This document shows positions 21,563 to 31,266 of a DNA stretch of 64,000 nucleotides, piece after piece (positions within the stretch are counted from its first letter, which is position 1; each line of letters opens with the position of its first letter). The notes under the pieces were generated by a model. It was given only the letters and a program-made list of their open reading frames with translations. It ran no database searches and was not told where the DNA came from. Location: contig CBDDEL010000012.1 in the NCBI GenBank assembly GCA_965226885.1, positions 256,001 to 320,000 of the forward strand, written 5' to 3'. Both the position numbers and the translations under genes were made by a program. This DNA comes from Opitutales bacterium (GTDB taxonomy: Bacteria > Verrucomicrobiota > Verrucomicrobiia > Opitutales > UBA2987).

Positions 21563-22738
21563 TCAGGAACCATCGCCCCGGTAGGTGATCCGGTAAATGA
21601 CGTTGGCAAAATCGTCGGACACCAGCATGGAGCCATCGGGCAAAATTTCCACATCGACGGGCCGTCCCCAGGCCTTGTCACCTTGCAGCCAACCCTCGGC
21701 AAAGGTTTCGTAGCTGGCCGCCCGGCCATTTTCCAAAGTCACCACGGATATCCGGTAGCCGATCTTTTCGTCCCTGTTCCAGGAGCCGTGTTCGGCAAAA
21801 AATAGCTGCCCCCGGTAGGGCTCAGGAAACATTTTCCCATTATAAAAACGCACCCCAAGCGCCGCCACATGGGGGTCCAGTTCCTGTTCGGGGAGGGTGA
21901 TATCGAAATTTGCGGCCAGGTGGCCGAATTCTGGGTCGAAGACGTTCTTACTGTGCCGGTAGGGATAACCGAAATGCTGGCCTGATTTGGCTGCTCGGTT
22001 CAATTCATCCGGCGGCACGTCATTGCCGAGGCGGTCCCGGCCATTGTCGGTGAACCACAGATCGCCGGTTTGCGGATGCCAGTCGAATCCGACCGTATTG
22101 CGCACCCCGCGAGCAAAAATCCGCAAATCCGAGCCATCCGCCTTCATGCTCATAATGGTGGCAAAGGGATCGCGCTCATTACAGATATTGCAGGGCGCCC
22201 CCACCGGCACATAGAGCCGCCCATCGGGGCCGAAACGGATGAATTTCCAGCCATGATGCTCCTTGTTGGGAAAGGTATCATTGACGATCTCGAACGGGGG
22301 CGGGTTATGGAGGTCCTTCTCGATCTGGGGAAATTTTATGACCCGGCTGACTTCGGCCACATATAGGTCTCCATTGCGAAAAGCCACCCCATTGGGCAAG
22401 TGCAGTTCCTTGGCCAGGACAATGACTTCATCCGCCTTGTAGTCGTTGTCCTCATCAATCAAGGCATAGACCTGACCTTTGCCGATGCGGCGGGTCCCCA
22501 CATAAAGGACGCCGGAGGGACTTCGAGCCAAGGATCGGGCATTGCGCACGTTATGCGCAAATATTTCGATCTGGAAACCATCCGGCAGCTTGATCTTTTC
22601 CAGAGGAAGGCCTTTGCCGTCCACTTCGGCCACGAGCTGCCCCAGAAACAGCCAACCGACCAGAAAACCCGCCCAAAGCGGCCATTTTCCCAGAGTGGTT
22701 TTGATTTTGAAGAAGGAGTTTCTTTTACCGTATCTCAT
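21563..22738 (-). CDS. PQQ-dependent sugar (glucose/sorbosone) dehydrogenase
   Basis: HHGWKFIRFGPDG, GVRNTVGFDW, EHGSWNR, GRPVDV. Confidence 0.9.
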   Translation of the reverse strand: MRYGKRNSFFKIKTTLGKWPLWAGFLVGWLFLGQLVAEVDGKGLPLEKIKLPDGFQIEIFAHNVRNARSLARSPSGVLYVGTRRIGKGQVYALIDEDNDYKADEVIVLAKELHLPNGVAFRNGDLYVAEVSRVIKFPQIEKDLHNPPPFEIVNDTFPNKEHHGWKFIRFGPDGRLYVPVGAPCNICNERDPFATIMSMKADGSDLRIFARGVRNTVGFDWHPQTGDLWFTDNGRDRLGNDVPPDELNRAAKSGQHFGYPYRHSKNVFDPEFGHLAANFDITLPEQELDPHVAALGVRFYNGKMFPEPYRGQLFFAEHGSWNRDEKIGYRISVVTLENGRAASYETFAEGWLQGDKAWGRPVDVEILPDGSMLVSDDFANVIYRITYRGDGS

Positions 22739-22903
22739 TTGCAAACAGCATAAGTCGTTATTGCCGCCAGCGCAAGTTCTTGCTAAAAATGTCGTCGCAA
22801 AAAATGAAGCGATCTTTGTTTTGCCTCGCACCATCACACATTTTGATTATGAAAACACTACCTAAAGGAACGATGTTGTCAAAATACCGCTCTATTCAAA
22901 ATA

Positions 22904-23498
22904 ATGGATGAAATCCGGCAGCTGGCAGAGACAGCTCAAAAGGGCGATCAGGACGCTTTTGGCGAAATCGTGAGGACGCATTACGATAAGGTTTACGGGC
23001 TTCTTTACCGGATTGTCATGAATGAAAGCGATGCCCGCGACCTGGCCCAGCAAACTTGGGTAAAAGCCTGGAAAAAACTCCCTTCCTTCAAGGGAAAAGC
23101 GGCCTTTACCACCTGGCTCTACCGCATAGCGGTTTTTACCGCATGGGATTTTATACGCAAGAAAAAACGCCGGGCTGAGGTCTCCTTTTTCGAGAATTAT
23201 GAGGAAGGGCAGTCACCGAAACCCATCACCGCCCAGACCTCAAGTGCCACCGAATCTCCGGTCACGGCCCTAGCCCGCAAAGAATTCAAAGAACATTTTC
23301 AAATTGCATTAAACTCACTTTCCGAAAAACAACGCACCGTGCTTATTTTACGGGAAATTGAAGGATTGTCATACAAGGAGATTGCTAATATCATGAAATG
23401 CAGAATCGGAACAGTTATGTCGCGCATCCACCATGCCCATGTCGCGCATCCACCATGCCCGCCAATCGATACAATCAAAAATGGAGGATTTTCGATGA
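22904..23498 (+). CDS. ECF sigma-70 factor; a 22-nt duplication frameshifts its last codons into the downstream gene
   Basis: Region 2 (DARDLAQQTW, FTTWLYRIA) and region 4 (GLSYKEIA..GTVMSR); removing one repeat gives ...RIHHARQSIQSKMEDFR* at 23498. Confidence 0.88.
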
Positions 23499-23950
23499 TT
23501 AAAAAACGAATTTCCCCATCTATTTTTCTCTGTCTGACTTTGTTGCTGGGAATTTCCCTTTGCACCACCCAGGCGGAGGCGGCTAAGGTTTCCCTGCGAG
23601 GCACTATGATATTGGCTTCCAATGAAAAGGGGCTGAATGACGCCAAGGTGAAAAGATTTGCGGGAAAACTGCACCGCCTTTTCAACTTTGCCCATTATCG
23701 CCATTATGGGGAGGGCTCCGCTTCCATCGAAATGCCCGGTGAATCCTCCTTTTCCCTCGGCAGTGGCTTTCGCATGGAGGTCAAAATTTCCCCCGCTCCA
23801 AAAAATAAAATCCGCGCCGGAGTCCGTTGGATGAAAGGGAAAACGACCTTCATCAACACCGTGCTGGTGATGCAAAAAGGGGCTCCTGCCATTTTGGGCG
23901 GCCCCTCACATGAAGGCGGCAACCTCATTGTCATTCTGGAAGCTTACTAG
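23495..23950 (+). CDS. Hypothetical secreted protein
   Basis: ATG overlaps the restored sigma stop (ATGA) with GGAGG upstream; signal peptide MIKKRISPSIFLCLTLLLG..AEA. Confidence 0.8.
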   Translation: MIKKRISPSIFLCLTLLLGISLCTTQAEAAKVSLRGTMILASNEKGLNDAKVKRFAGKLHRLFNFAHYRHYGEGSASIEMPGESSFSLGSGFRMEVKISPAPKNKIRAGVRWMKGKTTFINTVLVMQKGAPAILGGPSHEGGNLIVILEAY

Positions 23951-24223
23951 AACCTATCTCAATTTCGATGATGGTGATGCAGAGAGCAATTATGTGTTTT
24001 GAGCAAGGCGCGTCGGTATGTGCTGGGCCGGAAGCCCTGCCACCCCGACGGAACGCCGCTCAAACTCATAATCGCCTCTGTCCGAAGGATCTGTGCGGCA
24101 CGGTTGCACCTGCGGCGTTGGTTCGCGCCCGAGGGGCTTACAGCCCATCTGGACGCGAAGCCGCCTGGCATCTGCCACCGTGGCGCTACAAACATCATTC
24201 ATCAGCGAATTTGAGATAGGTTC
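23950..24223. mobile_element. MITE-like palindromic element (274 bp), ERIC/RPE-like
   Basis: Imperfect ~25-bp TIRs GAACCTATCTCAATTTCGATGATG / GAACCTATCTCAAATTCGCTGATG, flanked by TA on both sides; two internal hairpins. Confidence 0.8.
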
Positions 24224-24258
24224 TATATAGCCTGTTTTATTCCAAAAAACAGCCGCCA

Positions 24259-24642
24259 ATGATTCGAAAAACCAGACAACACGAGGCTATTCTGTCCGCT
24301 ATTGAGGAAGCAGGCCGGCCCCTGACGGTGGAAGAAATCCATGCCCAGGGCCGGAAAAAATCGCCCCGCCTCGGTCTACGCACGGTGTATCGCCAGATTC
24401 ACGGCATGGTCTCGGAAGGCGTGTTGGTCAGCCTTGACTATCCCGGACAGCCGACCCGCTATGAGCAGGTGGACTGGCGGCGTCATCCGCATTTCATATG
24501 TTCGCGGTGCCGGAAGATGTACGATTTCGATAAGGAAGCCCCGGATGTACCCTATACTCCGCCGCCCGGTTTCACTATTCAGGGAGAAGAAGTCATCTTT
24601 TACGGAACCTGCCCGGATTGTGCCGAAAAGGCTTCCGGGTGA
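24259..24642 (+). CDS. Fur-family transcriptional regulator
   Basis: TRQ..IL, LGLRTVYR, HPHFICSRC, YGTCPDC. Confidence 0.9.
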   Translation: MIRKTRQHEAILSAIEEAGRPLTVEEIHAQGRKKSPRLGLRTVYRQIHGMVSEGVLVSLDYPGQPTRYEQVDWRRHPHFICSRCRKMYDFDKEAPDVPYTPPPGFTIQGEEVIFYGTCPDCAEKASG

Positions 24643-25598
24643 ATGGCCCGGGCGACCTCTTCCAGGGCCTTGACCATGCGGGGGCCGGGAACTTCAAAAT
24701 AATCTTTATAAACCATTGCCACGCGCCCATTGCGCACTGCGCTGATCTGCTTCCAGACCGCATCTTCTTTTAATGCTTGAATAGCCCGGGTGGCGGCCTG
24801 ACGAGCACCAGCGCCCTCCCCCACCGCCACAATGACGACTTGCGGATCGGATTTCAGGAATCCTTCCAGAGATAGCTGAGGCCAGGCCGAGGGCAGACCG
24901 GCGGCTATATTTTCGGCATGGCAAAGTTCGACCAGATCGCCCACCCAGGAACCGCTCCCTGCGCTGTAAAGCTTTTCCAGATCATAGAGCAAAGCCACCC
25001 GTTGTGCCGGTTTGTGGCGTTGAGAATTTATCTTCTCCAGGATTCGGTCCCGCTTTGCCCGTAATTCCCGGATGGCGCGCAATGCCTCTCCCGGTGCCCC
25101 GACCAGCTTTCCCACCGTTCCGATGTCCGCCAGGACTCCCTCCCAATCGGTGTGGGCCAGGGCAACCGCCGTTAATCCGGCCGCTTCCATGCGATCATAA
25201 AGCGAAGCCGGGCTGAGTACCGTGCCGAGCACCAGACCGGAGCGCAATTGCACCATCATTTCCAAGTTCGGGTGGCGCATGTCTCCAATTTTGTAGAGAT
25301 TTACCGCCTCAGGAGGATAACGGTCGAATTTTGTGTTGGCCACCAGGCGTTCCCCTACGCCAATGGCATAAAGGATTTCCGTCACACTGGGGGCCAGGGA
25401 GATGATTCGGCTCGGTTCGTACTTTAAAGTAACCTCCCGCCCATAACCGTCATTAAACGTCATGGGATAAATGCCGTGCCCTCCGGCAGCTGAGGAACGG
25501 GCACTTTTCCGGCTCTTCTCGAATGGCTTGGGTAAAACCATCAGCACGAGACAGCCCAGGAACACCCCTACCAGGTAAATTTTTATTTTCCGATTCAC
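24600..25598 (-). CDS. ABC transporter substrate-binding protein (BtuF/FepB-type)
   Basis: RIISLAPSVTEILYAIG, ISAVRNGRV, PGPR; GTG 25598 likely start. Confidence 0.85.
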   Translation of the reverse strand: MNRKIKIYLVGVFLGCLVLMVLPKPFEKSRKSARSSAAGGHGIYPMTFNDGYGREVTLKYEPSRIISLAPSVTEILYAIGVGERLVANTKFDRYPPEAVNLYKIGDMRHPNLEMMVQLRSGLVLGTVLSPASLYDRMEAAGLTAVALAHTDWEGVLADIGTVGKLVGAPGEALRAIRELRAKRDRILEKINSQRHKPAQRVALLYDLEKLYSAGSGSWVGDLVELCHAENIAAGLPSAWPQLSLEGFLKSDPQVVIVAVGEGAGARQAATRAIQALKEDAVWKQISAVRNGRVAMVYKDYFEVPGPRMVKALEEVARAIHPEAFSAQSGQVP

Positions 25599-25674
25599 AG
25601 ATTCTTCACGCTCAAATCCCACAAAAGAACAGTGTATGCATTCTGTCCAGTCTCGAGAAGACATTCAATCCTTA

Positions 25675-25702
25675 TTGACAATTAATTGCCATAATTTAAA
25701 AT
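25675..25702 (+). promoter_or_regulatory. Sigma-70 promoter with overlapping palindromic operator
   Basis: TTGACA-16 nt-TAAAAT; near-palindrome TGACAATTAATTGCCA (25676-25691). Confidence 0.55.
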
Positions 25703-25765
25703 TCGATGCAGTAGTCATTTTTTTTTGAAAATTCCTAACAAGCTAACACTAAAACCCATAAACAA

Positions 25766-27631
25766 ATGTATAAAAATATTGATCTTAAAAAAATGATTTT
25801 GGCAACGGCGTCGCTACTCGCCATGAAGTTTTCCGTGGCCCAGGAATCAAACCTCGAGCCTTTCGTGGTGGTGGCGACCAGAACGCCTCTTTCCGCAGAC
25901 TGGGTATCCCCTTCGGTTTCCGTAGTGAGCTCCGATCAGTTGGAGCAAAAGCAATGGTTCACAGTCGCCGATGCACTCCAAGGCATGCCCGGAATTTTCC
26001 TCGGCCAAAACGGCCAAACAGGCGCCAACGCATCCCTCTTTACTCGTGGAACGGAAAGCAACCACACTCTTTTTCTCCTCAACGGCAGAAGAATCAATCC
26101 AGGGTTTTCCGGACAGTTCAACCTGACTCAGCTCGGTCTCGATAATGTTGACAGAATCGAAGTGATGCGCGGCGCCTCCACCACCTTGTACGGGTCGGAA
26201 AGCATCGGCGGAGTGGTCGCCATCAACTTGCGGGAATCGTCTCCTGAAGGGTCGGGCGCGGCCTACCGTCTGAGCACGGAAGCGGGTTCTTTCGGGACCT
26301 ACAGGGTAGCCCTGTCTCTGGCTGGAAGTAGCGGAGATTTCAGGTATTCCACGGGTCTGTCCCATTTTGAAACTGAAAACCAGACACCCCACGCCAATTA
26401 CCGGGTCTTCGATTGGGCGCCGAGCATCAGCTATCGCCTCAACGAGCGCATTACCTTCGATTTTCAGGGACTCTACTACCAGTCCTCTAACCAACTCCCC
26501 GGCGCGCGCGTCGATTTCGGCTTTCCCAAAACAGAAGATTTCCAGGATAACTCCTATTGGATGGCCTCTCCCGGAATGCTCCTGAAATTATCCGATTCAC
26601 TCAAGTTCCGCATGTTTTATTCGAGATCGCGGGATAAGCTGAAATCCCTCACCACCGGCTTTTTCACCAGTCTCAACGATTTCGAAGTTTCCACCGATGA
26701 GGCCAGTTTGCAAATCGACTGGCAGGCAAAAGACAGTCTTCTGGCCACTTTCGGCTACACTTATTTGAACAACGATTTTTACCGTCAGGATGTTCAATTC
26801 GGGTCCGTTCTGGTCGATAACAGTTCTAACAGCCAAAGCATCTTCGGGCAAATCCAGTGGCGCTGGAAAGAACGCTTCTTTTTTACAGCCGGAGTGCGCA
26901 GAGACGAATTTTCCGATTTCGGCAGCCCCATCACCTGGAGCGTCTCGGGCGCTTACGACCTCAACGAAACCGGAACCGCCATTTTTCTCAAGTCGGCCAC
27001 CGCCTATGCCCCCCCGCAGGGCAACGACCTCTACGGTCCTTTCGGTAACCCCCTCCTCAATGCCGAAGAAAGCAATTCCTGGGAATTCGGTTTGAGGCAG
27101 TCTCTTTTCGACGAAAAAATATCCCTCGAAGTCCTCTATTTTTACAACGACATCCATCACCGCATTATTTTCGACGCCGTTAGTTTCACCACCAAAAACA
27201 GGGGACGCATCCGCACGGAGGGAGTTGAACTCGCCACCACCTGGAACTGGAATGAAAAGCTCCAGCTCTACGGCAATTTCACTTTCATGAACGCCGAGGA
27301 CCTGACGGCGGGCGAACGGCTCCTGCGGCGGCCACGCTACACATTTACGGGCGGATTTTCGGCTGCACCGACCCAAAGCTTCAATTTCGGATTCGAGGTT
27401 ACCGGGGCGTTGCAAAGAAAAGACCGCTCCTTCCCGCCTAATCCGCCCTACGTCATCGACGTCAATCCGGGCGATTATTACCTAGGGCGTATTTACGCAA
27501 ACTGGCGCATCCACTCGAACCTTTCGCTATTTGCCAGAGTGGAAAACCTCTTCAACGAGCAATACGACTCCATCGCCGACTTCAAAGCCCTCGACCGAGG
27601 ATTCTACGGCGGAGCCACCCTGTCTTTTTAA
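25766..27631 (+). CDS. TonB-dependent receptor (BtuB-like)
   Basis: VVVATR, RGTESNHTL, RIEVMRG-STTLYGSE, RVENLFN, C-terminal Phe. Confidence 0.92.
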   Translation: MYKNIDLKKMILATASLLAMKFSVAQESNLEPFVVVATRTPLSADWVSPSVSVVSSDQLEQKQWFTVADALQGMPGIFLGQNGQTGANASLFTRGTESNHTLFLLNGRRINPGFSGQFNLTQLGLDNVDRIEVMRGASTTLYGSESIGGVVAINLRESSPEGSGAAYRLSTEAGSFGTYRVALSLAGSSGDFRYSTGLSHFETENQTPHANYRVFDWAPSISYRLNERITFDFQGLYYQSSNQLPGARVDFGFPKTEDFQDNSYWMASPGMLLKLSDSLKFRMFYSRSRDKLKSLTTGFFTSLNDFEVSTDEASLQIDWQAKDSLLATFGYTYLNNDFYRQDVQFGSVLVDNSSNSQSIFGQIQWRWKERFFFTAGVRRDEFSDFGSPITWSVSGAYDLNETGTAIFLKSATAYAPPQGNDLYGPFGNPLLNAEESNSWEFGLRQSLFDEKISLEVLYFYNDIHHRIIFDAVSFTTKNRGRIRTEGVELATTWNWNEKLQLYGNFTFMNAEDLTAGERLLRRPRYTFTGGFSAAPTQSFNFGFEVTGALQRKDRSFPPNPPYVIDVNPGDYYLGRIYANWRIHSNLSLFARVENLFNEQYDSIADFKALDRGFYGGATLSF

Positions 27632-27671
27632 ACTGTTATAAATAATCAGGGAGGCCTTTCAAGTTTGGGAA

Positions 27672-29534
27672 TCAGGCACCAAAATTTATCACCATCCGGT
27701 TCGCGATTCGGCGGGTGAACTCATAAAGGTTCTGCTGGGCTTTTTTGACCGCTTCCCGGACGGCTGGATTGTCCACCCGCGACAGTTCCAGTGCCCGGAT
27801 GGCGTAGAGGCCGACAATGAGGTTGCTGTTGTCAATTTCCTTCACGAGCAATGGAGTAGCGTCTTCGTTCTCTGGCAATCCCATCCGGCATAATGAAAGG
27901 GCCGCGGAAATTCGAACGCTCACAGAGGGATCGGAAAGGAGACTCGACAGCCTATCGGCGGCAGCGGGGTTATTGAGTAATCCCAATCCGATTGCAGCCC
28001 AATAGCGAAGTGCAGGCTCCGGCGACTCCACGGCCTTAGTCAACAGATTTTGATTTCCACCATCCATCGCCTCAATGATTGTGATCAGACTATGAATGAG
28101 GTTTTCGCTTTCAGCTTGTTGCAAGACGAAATACTTGTTGCCGTATTTCTTACCCATTTCTTCCAAAATCGGTTCCGGAATAAGGCCCAGGTCGCGGGTT
28201 CGCACCATCCATTGGTAGAGTTCTTTTCGAAGCTCCGTTAGAACTTGCTTATGCTCTGGCTTGTCGGCCAGGTTGACTGTTTCATGCGGGTCTCGTACAA
28301 GGTCGTAGAGTTCTTCTGCGGGCCGCCTGGTGGAAAATATCCGCGCTTGCAACTCGTTGAGTTTCCCTTCCTGGTGAAGCCCTCTCATTGTCTGAGTAAT
28401 TTTCTTGGCGTCCTTGTATTGATTCGGCTGCGCATGGGGCAGATGGGATAGAAAATTGCGGATATATTTGTAACGCTCCGTGCGCACACAACGAATGATG
28501 TCCACTGATTCATCGCACCGGTCTTGGGCGCTTACTATCATGTCGCGCGGTTTATAATTACCGGAGTATAAATCGACACCCTCAAGAAAGCGGGGAATCT
28601 CTATTCCAGCCATGGCCAACGAGGTGGCCGCTATATCTATCTGGAGGACAAGATCTTTTCGAATTTCACCGGATTGCCGCCCATCGGGAAAAAGCACGAT
28701 CAAGGGCACTCGGATACCTTCCTCATAGAGAAATTGTTTGCCCCGCAAATGACTCACGCCGTGATCGGTCAAGAAAAAGACGATCGTATTATCGGCCACA
28801 CCAGCTTCTTCTAAACTTCGCAGAATCTGTCCCGTTTCGAGGTCGGCCTGCACCCATGAGTTCAAGTAATCCGCCCAGTCCTGGCGAAGGTCGGGGTGAT
28901 CGGGATAATATGGCGGCAGTTTAACTTTGGCTGGGTCCGTGGCGTGGTTTTTGGCCTCACGGTTCTTTCCGCCACTCAGCATGACCTGAGCAAAGAATGG
29001 TTTGCTTTTGGGACGGGTGCGCCAATCGGGACCGTCATAGGTTCCATTCGGCCAGATAAAATTGTAATCCGTTTTACCGGGCTCGGCACATTCAGGATCA
29101 CTCCCCAGCGTTACATAATAGCCGGCTTCTTTAAATAGTTGGGGAATCAGCTTGGTCGGCAGGCTGTAACTCTCATAGTAATCAACATTCCCGCCGGCTT
29201 TTCCGCTGTCTGTCTGGCTGCGGTGATTATGGGCGCCGATGGTGGTTTGATACATTCCCGTAATCATTGCCGAGCGACTGGGCGAGCAGACGGGGCAGGT
29301 GACAAATGCCGCCTCGAAACGAACTCCATTTTTTGCCATTGCGTCGAGGTTTGGAGTATTGATCGTTGTCTCTCCATAGCACCCGATATGGGGTGAAGCG
29401 TCTTCCGCCACAATCCAAAGAATATTGGGGCGCTTTTTTGGATCAATGGCCTTGGAAATGCCGGGCAATGTCAGAAGGGAAGCGGTAGCCCCCAATCCCT
29501 TCAAAAATTCCCGGCGGTGCATTCTGATTTTCAT
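27672..29534 (-). CDS. Sulfatase with Tat signal and C-terminal HEAT repeats
   Basis: RREFLK, PNILWI, CSPSRSAMITG, TDHG. Confidence 0.92.
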   Translation of the reverse strand: MKIRMHRREFLKGLGATASLLTLPGISKAIDPKKRPNILWIVAEDASPHIGCYGETTINTPNLDAMAKNGVRFEAAFVTCPVCSPSRSAMITGMYQTTIGAHNHRSQTDSGKAGGNVDYYESYSLPTKLIPQLFKEAGYYVTLGSDPECAEPGKTDYNFIWPNGTYDGPDWRTRPKSKPFFAQVMLSGGKNREAKNHATDPAKVKLPPYYPDHPDLRQDWADYLNSWVQADLETGQILRSLEEAGVADNTIVFFLTDHGVSHLRGKQFLYEEGIRVPLIVLFPDGRQSGEIRKDLVLQIDIAATSLAMAGIEIPRFLEGVDLYSGNYKPRDMIVSAQDRCDESVDIIRCVRTERYKYIRNFLSHLPHAQPNQYKDAKKITQTMRGLHQEGKLNELQARIFSTRRPAEELYDLVRDPHETVNLADKPEHKQVLTELRKELYQWMVRTRDLGLIPEPILEEMGKKYGNKYFVLQQAESENLIHSLITIIEAMDGGNQNLLTKAVESPEPALRYWAAIGLGLLNNPAAADRLSSLLSDPSVSVRISAALSLCRMGLPENEDATPLLVKEIDNSNLIVGLYAIRALELSRVDNPAVREAVKKAQQNLYEFTRRIANRMVINFGA

Positions 29535-29697
29535 AACTGTACAAATACCTATAGATGATCAATTTGCGGGGACTTCAAATAAATAATAATCGGCTTTCCT
29601 AATCTAGTTTTTCAAGTTCCCGGAATACGGCCCGCCTTTGTAGGCGAGCAATTCATGGATATTGACACTCGCTACGATATTCCAAGCCTGATTGGCA

Positions 29698-31161
29698 ATG
29701 AAACCTAATGTGATTCTTATCATGTGCGATGAGTTAAAGGCTGATTGCCTTGGCTGTGCGGGGCATCCTCAAGTGCGCACTCCCCACCTCGACCGGCTGG
29801 CAAAAAATGGAATCTACTTTGAAAATGGCTATTGCGCCTCACCGATGTGTTCACCGGCCAGAGCGAGCTGGCTAACGGGACTTTACCCCCGTGCCCACCA
29901 GCAATTGATTAACTATAGGATAACCCCCGCTTTGAAAGGGCGCCCGGGCACGAGCATGCACGCTGAGTGTACAACGTTGGGAGACGCATTCAACCAAGCG
30001 GGTTATAGCTGTGGGATTGTGGGTCCCTGGCATTTGGGAGACGATGAGCACCCCCAACACGGATTTAACGATTACTGGAAAACGTTTGGATATCAAGGCG
30101 TCGGAAACAGGGATCGGCTTATAGATTATTTTGAAAAAGAGGGAGTGAAAAACCTCTACAAAAAGGGTATCCCGGAAATCACCGACGATGGCGACGGCGA
30201 TTATGTGGCATTCAAATACGGTGTCTATAGCGACCCCATCCAACAACGCACCACCTGGACCGTCGATCGCGGCATTGAATTCTTCGAGCAGGCGGGGGAC
30301 GACAATCGGCCGCAATTCCTCTTTCTCAGCATCAAAGATCCCCACCCGATCATGATTGTGCCGCCGGAAATCGTAACAACCTATCCGCCGGAGGGGATTG
30401 ATCTGGCGGATACCTGGGGCGATTCACTCGAAGGCAAACCAGCCTACCAGCAAAAAGAACTTGGACGTATACCGCAAGGGACAGACCCGGATAAGTTTCG
30501 TAAGATGATAGCGCACTATTTCGCGCTCATCACGCACATTGACGATCAGGTGGGGCGACTGTTAAGCTACCTTGAGAAAACTGAAAAGCTCGACAATACG
30601 CTCATCGCATTCATCAGCGATCACGGCGAAATGCTCGGTGAACATGGCTTCATAGCAAAGCGCGTGCTTTACGAAGCATCGGTAAAAGTGCCCTGCATCC
30701 TATCCTGGCCGACAGCGTTGAGAACCCCCCTTCGAGTCCAAACGCCGCTGGCCGGAGTCGACCTCATGCCGACCCTGCTGGATCTGGCCGGAATACCGCT
30801 CCAATGCCAAGTCGATGGGCGCAGCATTGCCTCTGACCTTTTGAACGCAAGAGAACCACAAGCCAAGCCGATCTTTTCCGAAATCTCAACATGGGGAGCT
30901 CTTAATTGCTCTACCGATAACGAAGAAGAGCTCGCGGCTCAAATAATGGTTAGGGATGGCGCATGGAAATATGTTTGCAACCGATTCGATGCCGATGAAC
31001 TTTACAATCTCGACCGCGATCCTGAAGAGATGCACAATCGCGCCTCGGAAACAGGTCAAATGGAACGTATCGGTGCCATGCGCGACCTAATTTGCGAAAT
31101 GATTCAAGTAACAGGTCCCGGCGCTTACGACTGGTGCAACACTGTTGCCGGTACCACTTGA
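29698..31161 (+). CDS. Sulfatase (choline-sulfatase-like)
   Basis: PNVILIMCDE, CSPARASWLTG, SDHGEMLGEHG. Confidence 0.92.
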   Translation: MKPNVILIMCDELKADCLGCAGHPQVRTPHLDRLAKNGIYFENGYCASPMCSPARASWLTGLYPRAHQQLINYRITPALKGRPGTSMHAECTTLGDAFNQAGYSCGIVGPWHLGDDEHPQHGFNDYWKTFGYQGVGNRDRLIDYFEKEGVKNLYKKGIPEITDDGDGDYVAFKYGVYSDPIQQRTTWTVDRGIEFFEQAGDDNRPQFLFLSIKDPHPIMIVPPEIVTTYPPEGIDLADTWGDSLEGKPAYQQKELGRIPQGTDPDKFRKMIAHYFALITHIDDQVGRLLSYLEKTEKLDNTLIAFISDHGEMLGEHGFIAKRVLYEASVKVPCILSWPTALRTPLRVQTPLAGVDLMPTLLDLAGIPLQCQVDGRSIASDLLNAREPQAKPIFSEISTWGALNCSTDNEEELAAQIMVRDGAWKYVCNRFDADELYNLDRDPEEMHNRASETGQMERIGAMRDLICEMIQVTGPGAYDWCNTVAGTT

Positions 31162-31266
31162 ACGGAAAACCTTATCGGTTGTTGATTTCGGATCCAGGGC
31201 AGAATCGGTGGGTGAATAACATTCTTTGCAAAAGAAAAATCAATCCGCCGCGGGTCCTTTGGGAAG

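Noticed and set aside
25599..25765. Cobalamin riboswitch upstream of the BtuB-like gene
   Set aside because: The spacer is short and AT-rich, and I could not find B12-box or other conserved motifs.
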